Assembly: GCA_028534125.1 (NCBI GenBank)
Contig: CM052816.1
Coordinates: 44,456,001 to 44,520,000 of the forward strand
Source: Lama glama
Lineage: Eukaryota
Reading direction: 5' to 3'
DNA length: 64,000 bases
Both the position numbers and the translations under genes were made by a program. The notes below the pieces were generated by a model. The model was given only the letters and a program-made list of their open reading frames with translations. It was not told the origin of the DNA and searched no databases. Below are positions 51,460 to 64,000 of this stretch, in pieces. Numbering within the stretch: position 1 is the first letter of the stretch; every line of letters begins with the position of its first letter.

Positions 51460-51640
51460 AGGAAAGGCAACATGGTACACCAGAGCACAAGATCCAGAGT
51501 CAGAAGGAATCCGGGGTCCACCACTCAACTGTCTGGTTTCGGAAAGTAAATTCTCTGAATCTTGGTCTCCTCCTTGGTAAAATGGTCACACTTTCATATG
51601 TATCTAGGATGGTGCTTGGCACTGTGGAATGAATGAGTAC
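51460..51640 (+). mobile_element. MIR fragment
   Basis: 'agagcacaagatccagagtcagaag...tctctgaatcttggtctcctccttggtaaaatgg'. Confidence 0.7.
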
Positions 51641-52784
51641 TCTTAACATGACAAAGTGGTAAATACTTATTATGAATATATATTCTTTTAAATATGTTTG
51701 AAAGTCTGAAATATCACATGCACTCTAGTCTTGGTGCAGAAGCTGATTTGAAGCTAATAGTTTTTGTGTTTCAATATATTCTATAATGCACAGAAAAGGT
51801 CTATTGTGTAATTATAAAAGAATGCATCATGTATGAGTAAAAATAATGAGTAGAAATACAATAAAATCTATTTTTATAAAAGGATTATATAACGCATAGC
51901 ATAAGAAATTGTCTTAATTAGACATATTTTAATTTCAAAATAAATATGAAACATGAATAAATAAAAACTTAAGAGCAATTTGTTACTCGTTTCATTTAGT
52001 ACCAGAAGGTAAACTGAGAACTGTCTGTCCATTTTCATAACATTTGAAACTTTAAAATCCATATATATGTACTCACTCTTTGAAACTCCAATTTTTGGAA
52101 AGTAATTCAGGCCATCACTTATTTCATTTCTGGAATCTGATTTCAGTATAGAAAATTTGGACCTGTTATTCCTTTCCAAATGAATTAAAGCACATATTTG
52201 TACAACTACTTTTGAACTCATTTGCAGAGAATTATTCAAAGTGTTTATTCAGATGAATTATATGCCAATTTTTAGAAAAGCCAAGTCTTTGATCCAATCT
52301 TTTCTACTGAGCTGACACAGGCATTTTCTCTCACATGCTATTAACAAGTTGGTATCTTTCATCTGTAAAAAGCATCTCTCGGAATATTATGCCAACACTG
52401 TCATCTGAACTGCCTGAGTACACCACACCACTACATTCACCAAGCAGCACTGAACTTACTGTGACTTAAAAATCAAGAAGATTACTTAAGTCATGATGAT
52501 CATGACCATGTCTGTGACTTGTTCCATTGTTAATATTTTACCCATCCTCCCCACTTCCCCCCAAAAAAGAATGACTTCTGGAGAATAATGTAATGACGAG
52601 AACTATATTCAAAACAATGTCACTTTGAATTTAACTTTTATAACCAGACCAGCCTCAATAGCAACCAATGAGAAGAAGTAATTTTGGTAGTCATGCTTAA
52701 TACTTTCGGCTTATTTACATTAACTTCAAGACATTTCTTAACATTTTAAAGTAAGTAACTCCATATTCACTCAATGTATAAAGA

Positions 52785-53161
52785 CTAGTTCCTCAGAGTG
52801 TGGCCTTATTTGCAAAAAGGGTCATTGAAGATGTAAACAGTTCAGACAACTGAGCAGGGTGGGCCCCTCATCCAACATAGCTGGGATCCGAATAAAAAAT
52901 TTGGACACAGAGGCACATACACAGGGAGAATACCATGTAATGATTCAAGATACACTGCCACAAGTCAAGGAAACACCAAAGGCTAAGAGAAAGAACTAAA
53001 ACAGATTCTTCTCCAGCAACTTCAAAAGGGAGCATGGCCACACTGACATCTAGATCTCAGATTTTTTGGCCTCCAGAACTTTATGATACAGTAACTCTCT
53101 GTTGTTTATGCCACTTAGGTTGAGATACTTCGCGACAACAGCCCTGGCAAATGAATATACA
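52785..53161 (+). mobile_element. MaLR solo LTR (MLT1B-like)
   Basis: 'gtggccttatttgcaaaaagggtcattgaagatgtaa', 'tggcctccagaact', 'cagccctggcaaatgaatataca'. Confidence 0.88.
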
Positions 53162-53637
53162 CATTTTTTAAATTGTGCTTATTAGTAATTACTAAAATTA
53201 GGTGATAAGAATTAACTGAAACAGAAGGCATCAAAAATTATTTCTCTTTTCCACTCCTCGTCTAAGTTCAGCTAGATATGCACGACTAAATGAACCAATG
53301 CTACTAGCTGGACTGTCTTTAGAAATGCTTCTCTCTGTCGGGGACACATAATTCTTACATTTCTAAATAGACAGTATTTTTTAAACTTCCCAACTGAAAA
53401 TTATGGTGTCAAGTTTGTATTTTTAGTTATGAAATGATTTCATAATATTGTCATTATTTCCTTTGCATTCCCAAATTAATACTGTTGAAATCCTGACTAT
53501 TGGTCCAGTTTCACTGACGTTTTTGTTGTGTAGCTTTTCTGAGTATAGAGTCATTGCTATAGATTTTTTTCACAATGACCTTTTCAGTAAAGGTACACAC
53601 CACACATTAAACAGATAGCAATAAATCTGTACTTTCA

Positions 53638-53750
53638 TAATGAGTGTGTATATGTCCATGAATGAGTGAAAAATTGTGCTGAACACTGGAATTTGACACA
53701 ACACTGTAAAATGATTATGAATCAATAAAAAATGTAAAAAAAAAAAAAGA
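53638..53750 (+). mobile_element. Very short, lineage-specific L1 3' terminus with poly(A)
   Basis: 'ttgtgctgaacactggaatttgacaca...atcaataaaaaatgtaaaaaaa' matches the reverse complement of 29595-29690. Confidence 0.9.
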
Positions 53751-55120
53751 AAATGTTTACTCCAATTTCCCTTGAATCGTATAGCCCACTTGGACTATCT
53801 ATTATATGCCAACTTAGAAAAAAACTCCATGTTTTAAGTTTTTCTTAGAAAGAACTCAACGTAACAAGTGACATCCAGTCCCAGTGTTGGGAGACAGCAG
53901 TTATAATGGAGTTTTCTGAGATCACATCCGGTACACAGGTGTGTCAGCCATTCAACTCCAATGACTTCCTCCTACCATGTCGCCAGATCTGCCAACTTCA
54001 AATGATTGTAAATTCTGAATGACAGCACATCATGGAGGTTAAAAAAGGAATCACATCTTTGGTTCATCTATGGCTTCTGGGATTCCTGGATAGATACTTT
54101 GGTCTGTTAGTGCCACTATGTATTCACAGAAGCTTAGACTCAAAATAGCCAAGTTTGTTTGTTTTTTGAGCCTGTGGCCTCTATTCATGGCCTCCATCAG
54201 ACAGAGACAAGACCCCTGCTCAAAGCAGAAAAACTAGAGGCCTGAAGTCCAGGTACATTCCCCAATTCCCCCACGCCAGATGCTCTCTTATGACCCACAT
54301 GTGTAGAAAGTGATGGCCCATAATGGTCCTCTAGGAAAGGCCAAAGGGTGCAAAACCCCAGCCCTGGAGGAAGGCAGCAGAAGGAAGCAAGCTCTAGTCC
54401 AGCAGGGTACAGAGCTAGGCTCCCAGAAGACTGAGGAGGAGGGAGAGCCTCCGGTCACCACTGTGGGGCCTAGAGAAACTCATGCAGTCCTGGGCTAGAG
54501 GGAACTGAGAAAGGGAAGCTTCAGCCCGGAGTTCTTAGAGGGTGGGACTAGGAGGGATGGGTCATTCCTGCACCCCTGTGAAGGAGGGCATGGGGGGAGG
54601 CCGCTCTAGTACTTAAAATTCTTACAGACCTAGAAGCCCAAGTGAACGGCTATCTCAGAGAACCCTTCTCCTTGGCCTTGACTGAGCACCAGAGACAGCT
54701 AAAGGCACTGATCTGGTCTACCACACCTCAGCCTCCCTCAGACCCAACTGCCTTTGCTACATCTTAGCCAGTCCACCCCTGATATGTCATCCTGCCTTAG
54801 GTCCTCCTTCCCCACCAGGATGATAAGCACACTGGCGTATAATTATCCTTTAAACTGGTCATTTTTTGTATTTTTTTCCCTCATTATTATTTCACCTAAG
54901 ACATCCAAGAGCAGAAATTGTACCATCATAATCATAAACTCACACATCCAGATGGTAAGTACTTTTATTTTTACTTTTTCAAAACTTTAAATCTACCCTT
55001 CTTCTTGAAATTTCCCTACTTTTTACACATTACCATCATCAACATTATTTTGTGCCATTTTTTAAAACCCTAGTAATACATTTCCTCTCTAACAGCAGAG
55101 TTCCCTTTCTGCAACAAAAA

Positions 55121-55122
<2 letters not shown>

Positions 55123-55158
<36 letters not shown>
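55123..55158. repeat. (AC)18 microsatellite
   Basis: Seen directly in the sequence. Confidence 0.97.
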
Positions 55159-55161
<3 letters not shown>

Positions 55162-55599
55162 TACCTTTAATTAGAAATATTTAAACTCCAAAATGAAAAA
55201 GCATAATACAGAAAAATTAAACCAACCAATAAAAGGATTATAATAATTGCTTACTTCTCTAATTTGGTATCAAAATCCTGACACTTTTTCATCTGCACTG
55301 AATTTGCAATTGCATTTGCATTGCATTCTCAGTGTCAGGGCATATATTTTTCAAGATCTACAGCTTTCCAGACCCCTTTCAAAATGGTGACTGGGATAAA
55401 TTGGTGAGCAAAACTGTTAAGATTCCACCTTTTAAAAGCTTCTATTTTATTACAATAAAATTTAGTAATATGAATAAAAATATATGTATATAATAGTAAA
55501 ATAAATGGCCAGGTATATAAAAATCCAAATTCCGAAGACTTCTTGATCTTACCTGGTTTGGTACCTACTTCTCCTTTCCAAATTATTTCATCTCACCCC

Positions 55600-55885
55600 A
55601 GAATTCTACTATGAGCTCCTTGAGGGCAGAGTTTGCATCATTCTCTTTTGTACCCTCATTTTCCTGCAAAAGCCTGTGACATAATCAGTAATTACACATG
55701 GTTTTAGATCAGTAATGATTATTCTTTATTATTTTCTTGACTTGTTTATTTAACCTCTATCTATAAATTCCTAAGGGGGAGAACAGGTCTTGTTTAGTCT
55801 TATCTATGGACATATACATATATATCTCATATATATAGTCTTCATTTCTCTAGAATACTGCTGGATTTATAGAGGGATCTCAACA
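55600..55885 (+). mobile_element. Two tandem L2 3' end fragments
   Basis: 'ctatgagctccttgagggcagag' and 'ctataaattcctaagggggagaacaggtcttgttt'. Confidence 0.65.
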
Positions 55886-57634
55886 GTGGCTGCTGGATGC
55901 CTGATCACTTTCAACATGCTGGACCAGGTTCCCCTGGAAAGAAGTGAATAATGCTTTTCAAAGACACATGCATTCCTTCCATAGTATTAGCATTCTGTAC
56001 CCAACAGAGAAATGTCCTAAAGGCTTCTGAAACTCATCACCTTTATCTATATAATTTTAAAAGGTGGATAAAAATGATTTATGATTGTTTCAACAGTTGC
56101 ATTAATTATACTAAATGACTAATCTTTAAAACTATGTATAAAGTACAGATCAAGGGAAATAAAACATCCCCAAATAATCAGTTTTAATGTAGTTCTATAC
56201 CAAGTAATTCACATGTTGAAAGAATTCTATTTAGTTTTTGACATAAATTATTTATTCCGTCATTCAAATGACCCTGTGTACTGAGTATCATAAGAATGTA
56301 GGATACTTTTTTTTTGACATTTCTTTACTATAAATAATTAACATTCTTAATTTCCAAGTGAGAAATAAATTTGGCCATATAAAATTCTAACAGTCTCATT
56401 TTATTCTTAAGTAAAAAATTTGAGTGAGATTGAAGAATTATTAGGTCTGTCTCACATCCTTTCTTTCACTATGGTGGCTTATAAATTCCAGAAGTATCTT
56501 AATTCCTGTAATAAATAAACTAAAATTTAGTATGGCACTTGACCAGATAGTGAGTAGATACCTACCACCATGTAATGGATTATAATATAATGCTAAACAT
56601 CATCTTTACATTTCATTTAAAGACAGATATATAACATCGGTTTATATAAAGCAAAAGGCCTTTTAGAAATTATAAACTTAGGGTAAGCGTGTAGTCAAAC
56701 AAAATAATGAGATAAATGACTTTCAATTACTGGTCTCTTGGCTATAAAGTTTACATATTTTTGTAATTCTAGGCAGTATTTTTGTATATAAGTTTTCTGT
56801 TGATAAATGACACTCAATAAATGATCACCAAGTTTTAAGCAATTTTCTATTATTTTCTATGCTATTTCATGTCAGTGTTTAATGAGAAACAGAATTACAT
56901 GAATTTGATCCCACTAAAAAAGACATTTTTAAAAAGAGATGTAGAATCAGTATCAACACATGAAATTACGTGAACACTGTGGTAAAGACATCATTGTATC
57001 TCACAGGAAGAAAATAGTGTGAGAAAAACAAAGCAACCAGACGTATCATTAAAAGTGAGCCATTCTTCAGAAACTACTCTAGAAGTAGCACGCATCAACA
57101 AATTCCAGGAGTTCTAGCGATGCAACCATTCCCTCAACTTATAAATAATGCAAATAATACCATTTCCTAAAAGTTATACATGAAAATCAACATACTGGAT
57201 CAATGACAAACCTTGACCATGACCTGACTGAAGTTCCTAATGTGGAAGGAGAGAGCAACAATTACAAGAGGCATTTGACATAAATGGAAAGAAAGATGTA
57301 CTCTGTTAGTGACCTCATAAACACTTCCAGAAAGAGGATACTCTGAGAACATAAATGAACCTACCACTAAAAAAGTGGGTTCCTCGTGATGCCACAGCCT
57401 GATGCCATTAAACATCCAAGCTAACTCTTGCTGTGCTGAATACAGCCTACCAGGTAATACCCTGATGGCAATTTGGTCTACGAGGAGAGACTGCAATAGC
57501 CAGAAATCGTTTGTAGGCATCTTCACACTGCATGTAAAAAATTAGAATTTTTAAGGTTTAATAGTCAGTGCCAGAAAGTCTTCCCGAGGCCAATCAACAC
57601 TGAATGATCAAGAGGACTAATGACTGAATCATAA

Positions 57635-57925
57635 GATGATGATGATGATGAAGCTAAAACTGACTGAGGGCTTTACCACGTACCAGACATCCAAGGAAGA
57701 ATTTTAAGACTTTAAATTGACTATCTCATTTAATCTACTCACACACCATCCCTGTAAGCGACGTCCTTACATATCATTGTATTATTATTCTATCTGTTTT
57801 TTTCCAGTGGACAAAATAAGTTTCAAAGCTGCTCAGGTCACTTGCTCAGGAGCCCCACCCAGTAAGTAGTAGTCGAGCACAAATGTAATTACAGGTCTGC
57901 CTGATTTGGAGCCTGTCCCCTCAGC
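57635..57925 (-). mobile_element. MIR SINE
   Basis: 'actgagggctttaccacgtaccagaca...atctcatttaatct...cacttgctcaggagcccc...caggtctgcctgatttggagcc'. Confidence 0.75.
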
Positions 57926-60129
57926 CTTCACTCCACTCCTCCCAGAGCAACGCTACTATGAGAATGACCTCTTGACCACACTGACCAAAATTTTTTTTTT
58001 AAGATTTCCACAATTAGTGTATCTGGGGTAAAGAAGATATGGTAGAAATTGTATCTGAGATCTGGTGGGCCAATAAATTTTCAGTCTAAGCAACTATCAC
58101 GGTATCACGAACATGTTTTAGGGAAGAGACAGGAGCAGCAAAGGCGACAAGGACACTGGCAATCTTTTGCTATGTCTGAGTGTTGAAGGATAGTTAACTC
58201 TCAGAAGGACTGCCTCTCCTGAGTTGCAGTTACTTTCTGAAACTGAAGCACTTTAGTCCTCATGGATGTCAAGCTTCACAAGCATTAATGTGGCTTTTAT
58301 TAAAACAAAAAGCACAGCAGCTCCATCCATCTCATGAGACATTGCATCATGACTTGCTACAGAATTACTTTGCATTTAAAATGTTGAAAATGTTCAGAAA
58401 CATTATGCCTTGAATGTAAGAGGTAAAAGCTTTCTGAGGCTATCTTAACCAAATAAGGTAATGATCATAGAAATATAGTAGCAGTACCATATGTAATGTT
58501 GATGGATGGTCTAGTGACTCAAAGTATTTTGTTAATAAATGTATTACATAAAATCCTATTTTGAGAATCTACTAATAAAAACCCAGCAAAGGATAGGAAA
58601 TAGATACATGCATGTGATTATGCACCTATGTGTTCAACCTCATAACTCATCTGATGCCATCATTTGTGCCAGCTATAACCCCACCATATCTTTTAACAAT
58701 ATTTTGTCATTTCATTGTTCTCCTACTATCTGAAAAGCATCACTGAAAGAAATACTTACACATAAAACTGCATGTTCTCATCTAATCACTTATAAGTAAT
58801 AACATATTTGGAGAGAAGAGACAAAATTCTGAATGAAAAAAATAGTGTTAAATCTACTTTATTCCAGAGTCAAGGCTAGAGGGATATAAGTCAAGAGCCA
58901 CTTACCTAGGTTCATGACAGAAATTGTTTCCCAATTTCTTGAATGATGTACTTTGAGCTGAGTGAGGAAAACGCCACTATGTAGCAAGCAATATTAATGG
59001 CTTGCTATTAGTGACGTGTCAGGTTGACACTACATTTAGAATTTCAAGAGCTGCAGTGTTTAATATGATTTAACATAAATGATATTTTTCCCACTAGAAG
59101 ATTCAAATAGGATGTGTCCATTCACAAAAAATCATTAGTAGCATCAGATATACATATAACAAACGAAGAAACAGGAATGTGCTAGGTCTGGACTTCAAGG
59201 AATTCAGAATGCACTTGGAAATAAGCCATATGCATATAACAAAAAATAAATATAATAACCAAGTAATTGAATATTCAAATAGAAGACAGTAAAAGGCTGA
59301 GAAGATAATTTGATATAAATGTAAAAATTGGTATTAACTTCACAACCAAAGAAATTGGTCAATTCAGGAAGAGGGTGATGATATAAACAAAACTATAAAG
59401 AAGCACACATCTAACATTTTTCAAATGCCAATATGCATCAGGTTCTAAGCTACCACATTATGTTTATATCCTTTCACTGAGACGAAAAACCATCAAGTAC
59501 ACATTGTTATGCTCATGTTATACTTGACTAAACTTAGATTCAAAGTTGCTTAAGTAATGATACAAGTAGCATGTAATAGCTAATAGGCAACAAATTATAT
59601 CCATAAAAGTAAAATGATAATTAGGATATGTGCATATTTTATATGCCAAGGGAATAAAGAATTTCAGAAAAAGGAAGTGTAGCAGAGACGATCAAGTCAT
59701 GGATCTGTGCTCAGAAACACTTGGTCTCAAACTCTGGCTCCATTAGACACCAGCTGTGTGACTTTGAGATCAGTAGATATATATACTTATAAATAGGTAA
59801 AATTACATACAAGTTTATGTAATATGTAATATTAATTTTAATGTAAAGTTTTATAGAGATGAAGAAAATCTGACCATATGTTATTAACATATCTAGACTG
59901 AAGATGTTTACTTAATTAAATGTCTCAGAAGCAGCAGATTATCATTGTATAAGGACAACAATAAAAAGACTGGCACTGTACAATTTTTCCTCTGACACTG
60001 ATGCACAAAAAGATACAGAAATATTCTGAAGCACATAAATACAATTATACTCCAGTAAGAAAATGTGCTGAACTATCTCAACTTTTTCAGGATCATGGGT
60101 AACAAGATCATCACCTAAACATAAAGGCA

Positions 60130-60460
60130 TATTAGTCAGGACACCTTTGGCTATTCTGTGGAACAAACATTCCCAACATCTCAGTGTCTTAAAATTATAG
60201 TATTTCCTTCCCTGTTCATGAAAATATGATCTGCTGACTCCACATCAACTGGCCTCCATGATTCCATGATAATTTGAGCTGACAGAAATTCCACTAATTT
60301 ATCATTTCCTTATTTGGATAAAGTCTCCATGTCAAAAAAAAAGGCAGGAGAGGAAACTGCTGGGTGTCCTCTACTAAGAGTAACTCAAAACCCATTTCTA
60401 CTCAGAGTCCACTGGTCCTACCTAACAGAAAGGAAGTGGAGGAGGAAAAATCATCCTTGT
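60130..60460 (-). mobile_element. Old MLT1-type LTR fragment
   Basis: 'ggctattctgtggaacaaacattcccaacatctcagtgtcttaaa', similar to the copy at 46119. Confidence 0.6.
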
Positions 60461-63300
60461 AGGATAGTCTTTCTTATACATTCCCAAAATCAAAATCACA
60501 GAGCAAGAAGAGGTGGTGTTTGAAACTTGGGAAGTGTAGAACAAGTTTGACATAGTCACTGGGAAAGATGAGAGTCAGGAAAAGTTTAACAAAAGCATGG
60601 TCAAGTAGCACTGAAGGTCCAATTAGAGATCATGGATCTATGATAGTTTCAGCCCTTGTGTGATTTTGATTTTTGGAATGCATAAAAGGAAGACTATGAA
60701 TTGACATAGTTGAGTCAAGGGGGAGAAAATTACATTGCAATCAGAGAGAAAATTTAAATAATTTCCATATAAAATATTGGCCAAGTAAAGCCAAAAGGGT
60801 CTAGAAGATTAGACCAAATAGATTTCAGTGATGACTGCCCCTGTAAGTGCCTAGACACGTGAGTAGGTAAATTACAGTAAAGCAGTAAGAGCCATTTTCA
60901 GCATCAGCATCTTTTCTGACAAGGGTCAATAGCATCTTTGAACTCTTAAATTTGGGAATAAAATTTTCCCAGTGGATGGACAAACAGTGATAAAGAAGCT
61001 GTGTACTCAATGCCTACCCATAGGAGCCAAACAATGACCTTTTGCTAAAACTGCTTCTCTTGAGTAATGCTTTACTTTTTGCATGACAGGTTGTCTCAAA
61101 TCTCACTGCAGTAACTCCATACTGGTGATGTATTTATGGTACTATTTCACAGGCCACTAAAAAGGAACATATCACACTTGAAGCTGATGTTCATATGAAC
61201 AAAGTATTATGCCAGAAAAAGGCATCCTCTAAATTAAGGAAAATAACACATCTAGAGTTATTTTTTGCTATTTGTATGTTAGCCTGTAGTCTATAACAAA
61301 AATAACAACCATGTAAGAAAAGGGAAGAAGAAAAGCCTGGTGGCCTCATAGTCATCATGAAGAAGTTAGAATAGTAATTTGTACCAGTGATGGGCTATGT
61401 GGCCTCCATTTTACTGAAAGTAATGACATTCGCATACTAGTCTGAAACATGATCTTAGTTCTTTATGCAAAACCACTTATAATGTTGATGACCCATTGTC
61501 AGTTGTTACTGCCTTTGTTGACAAAAAGGAAAGAGTACTCATTAAAAATACTGACTCAAGCATTTGATTATATTTTCAGCTTAAAAAAAAACAAGTACCA
61601 TTAAACAAAAGAATGTTAAACATTTTAGGAAAATATTTATAGTGTCAGATCACCAATGCACCACCGAAGATGTACTTTTGTGATTTTATATGTCAGAAGC
61701 ATTTAATATTGAGTTTTAAAGCTTTGATTTTGGGGTCTCTACCCTACTTAAAACTTTCTGAAGGGATATGTCACCAGCAGCCATCCTGGCATTTAAGCTG
61801 CTATGTCTACTGTAAGCATGTTTGGCGTTTGTCACCTAATTTCACTAGTAGGTATTTGGCGATTTAAGCCAAATTTAATACCATTAATTTGTGAGTGTCT
61901 CTGCTTGATCCTTAAACTGGCACCAGTCTGGTCAATAATTGAAATAAAACCCAACAGAAACCTCTAGGTCATGTGTATATTACAAATGTGATACCAAAAA
62001 CATAAAAGGAACCAACAAAATCATACGCTTTTTTTTTTAAGTTTGAACTGAAAGGCAATTATGATTTAACATTTAGAAAAAATATATTGAAGGATGTAAA
62101 ACTTTCCCTTTGACATTTGACTAGGAAGTCCTCAGTGAATGCATGCTCCAAAGGGTGAGTGTGGACTTGGGCTGTGTGTCCTCTTCTCCACCCTGTTTGC
62201 TTGTGTGGGCTGAGCATCCAGCTTATTTTCTCTTTCTAGCCTTTATCACTTAGCTGATACTAAGCAAATGTTTAATACACCATCATATTAATTAAACATT
62301 TCCGCCAGACATTCTTCTATGTATCACTAACCCAAAGGCAATTTTTTAAACATTAAATTTACGCTAGAAAACATTTCCATTCTGTATTTTAGTGTACTCT
62401 CACAACACAGTACAGTTTTTCATTTCTATTATAAAATAAGTTGTGTTTCATGAACTATGGCTTTGTATTACAGCTTTTTTTTATAATTTGTATCTATAAT
62501 ATTGTATTTGAGCTTTATAAAAATCAAAGGCTTGGTCTTCTTGCTTTCCTTTAATATGCACTGAATTTTTTTTGTTTGAAATCTTGTTTCTCCTTTAATT
62601 TTTATAATCTAGTATGCTGAATACATCATATACATATTTCTGTTTAATTAAAAAAGTTAATGAATAAATGAATATCCTAAGGACACATGTGCTCTTTTGG
62701 AATAGCTGCAAATAGGAGACAGGACTAGCGAATTTTGAAATAAAATGTGTTGCTAAAGAGGGAGAAATGAAGAGGTTACATATGCCTTTCATGGCATAGA
62801 GTAATCCTTGAACATGTAAGACTCATCAGAAATGATTCATACTGGGTAATCAATGATTTTCAGATAATTGATATGAGTAAGTGGACTGTTAATAGCATAA
62901 TTCTCTTGTTATTTGTGAGGAGAGTTGATTACAAATTTTAATAAAATAGGTTTTTCCCATTTACATTTGTTATTAAAGTGGCAGATAATAAAAAAATTTA
63001 AATGGCTTACCTTAAATAAGTGAAAGAAAATTTTATAAATGCTTCCAATGAAACAAAATAATTTTATGATGTTTCCAATGACTTGTCTACCTAGAAATGT
63101 AGTTCTATGAAAATAATTTGAGGGAAAAATTCAGATTTTAAGGAAATGTTTGCAGTGTTAGCCTTAGCTAGAAACACAGGGCAAAGGAGAGGGATTGCTG
63201 TGTAGTTCCCAAGAGTGGGTCTTTACAAACTTGTCTGCCTATTGGAGCTGCACTGTCATACTAAGCTCTCAGGGTCCCCTCAGCCAAGAGACCACTTGCG

Positions 63301-63385
63301 CTAGGTTGCCAGATAAGCCCTGGCTTCATTTTGAATTTTAGATTCCTTCAGGGGAACATTTATCTCCCAATTTTTTTTTTTTGCT
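63301..63385 (+). mobile_element. MER53-like hAT fragment
   Basis: 'ctaggttgccagataa...ttttgaattttagat'. Confidence 0.5.
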
Positions 63386-64000
63386 CCTTTTTTTCTTTCA
63401 CAGTCTCTGAGGTTGCTTAAGGAAATTCCTTGAGAACTGTCCACACTATAATGCCTCTTCAAGAAAAAAAGTATCACTAAGATTCCTCCTATATACATAC
63501 ACAAAAACACACTAATTACAGATCCTGCCGCAGACACACTGGGGATTTGTTTTTAGCATATTATTTCTGACTTATTTGTCTTCTCTTATTTGCATTTATA
63601 AGACATCAGAAAATTATAAATAAGAACTAAGTTTAGATTCTATGGACAAACAGCAAGATCATTTGGGGACTCAATATTTGCACGTTGCTAGATACTGATA
63701 TTTATTGTGAACACAGCATAATTTATCTTGGCTAAAACCACAGAATATGTAGTAGTTTTACATGTTAACACATACAATATGCAGACCATTAAGAGTTAAC
63801 AGCTCTAGGCCCAGTCTAAGTAAGTATTATATTCACACATCTTAGCTTTTCTTTTTCCAAAATCAATATCTGCAAATAATAAATGAGATCCCAGAGGGTT
63901 GAGTTAAGCTCCAACCACCACAGAGCAACTCTGCAATTGGTCATTGACTCAATAATGCAGGTGAGTGCCACCCGACAGAACATCTTTAACACACCATAAT

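Noticed and set aside
55278..55339. Hairpin closed by CCTGACACT/AGTGTCAGG
   Set aside because: The inner pairing relies on low-complexity TTGCA repeats with large internal loops; not pre-miRNA-like.
1..64000. CRISPR arrays, operons or other prokaryotic systems
   Set aside because: The sequence is mammalian, with no regularly spaced repeat-spacer array and no gene-dense region.

Overview
AT-rich mammalian genomic DNA, very probably camelid (Camelus/Vicugna/Lama). The species call rests on a Vic-1-type tRNA-derived SINE and on recent-looking L1 3' ends. No protein-coding gene could be recognised; the only ORFs with recognisable homology are L1 ORF2 C-terminal fragments and an ERVL pol remnant. 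The window looks like a large intron or intergenic tract. It holds old L1M, L2, CR1/L3, MIR, MaLR/ERVL and MER fossils, several younger L1 pieces (one a clear twin-primed inverted insertion with a target-site duplication, TSD) and a 100-N gap. Repeat-free stretches carry homeodomain/SOX/MEIS motif clusters that look like conserved enhancers. A compact CCAAT/MEF2/CRE promoter-like cluster lies near 41.9 kb, next to a (GC)8(CA)16 tract. The most unexplained items are this promoter with its candidate first exon, a ~240-bp CpG-retaining insert inside an old L1, and a 50-bp dispersed direct repeat. I found no convincing evidence of a novel biological system. Repeat families were assigned by eye from remembered consensus motifs, and their boundaries are approximate.
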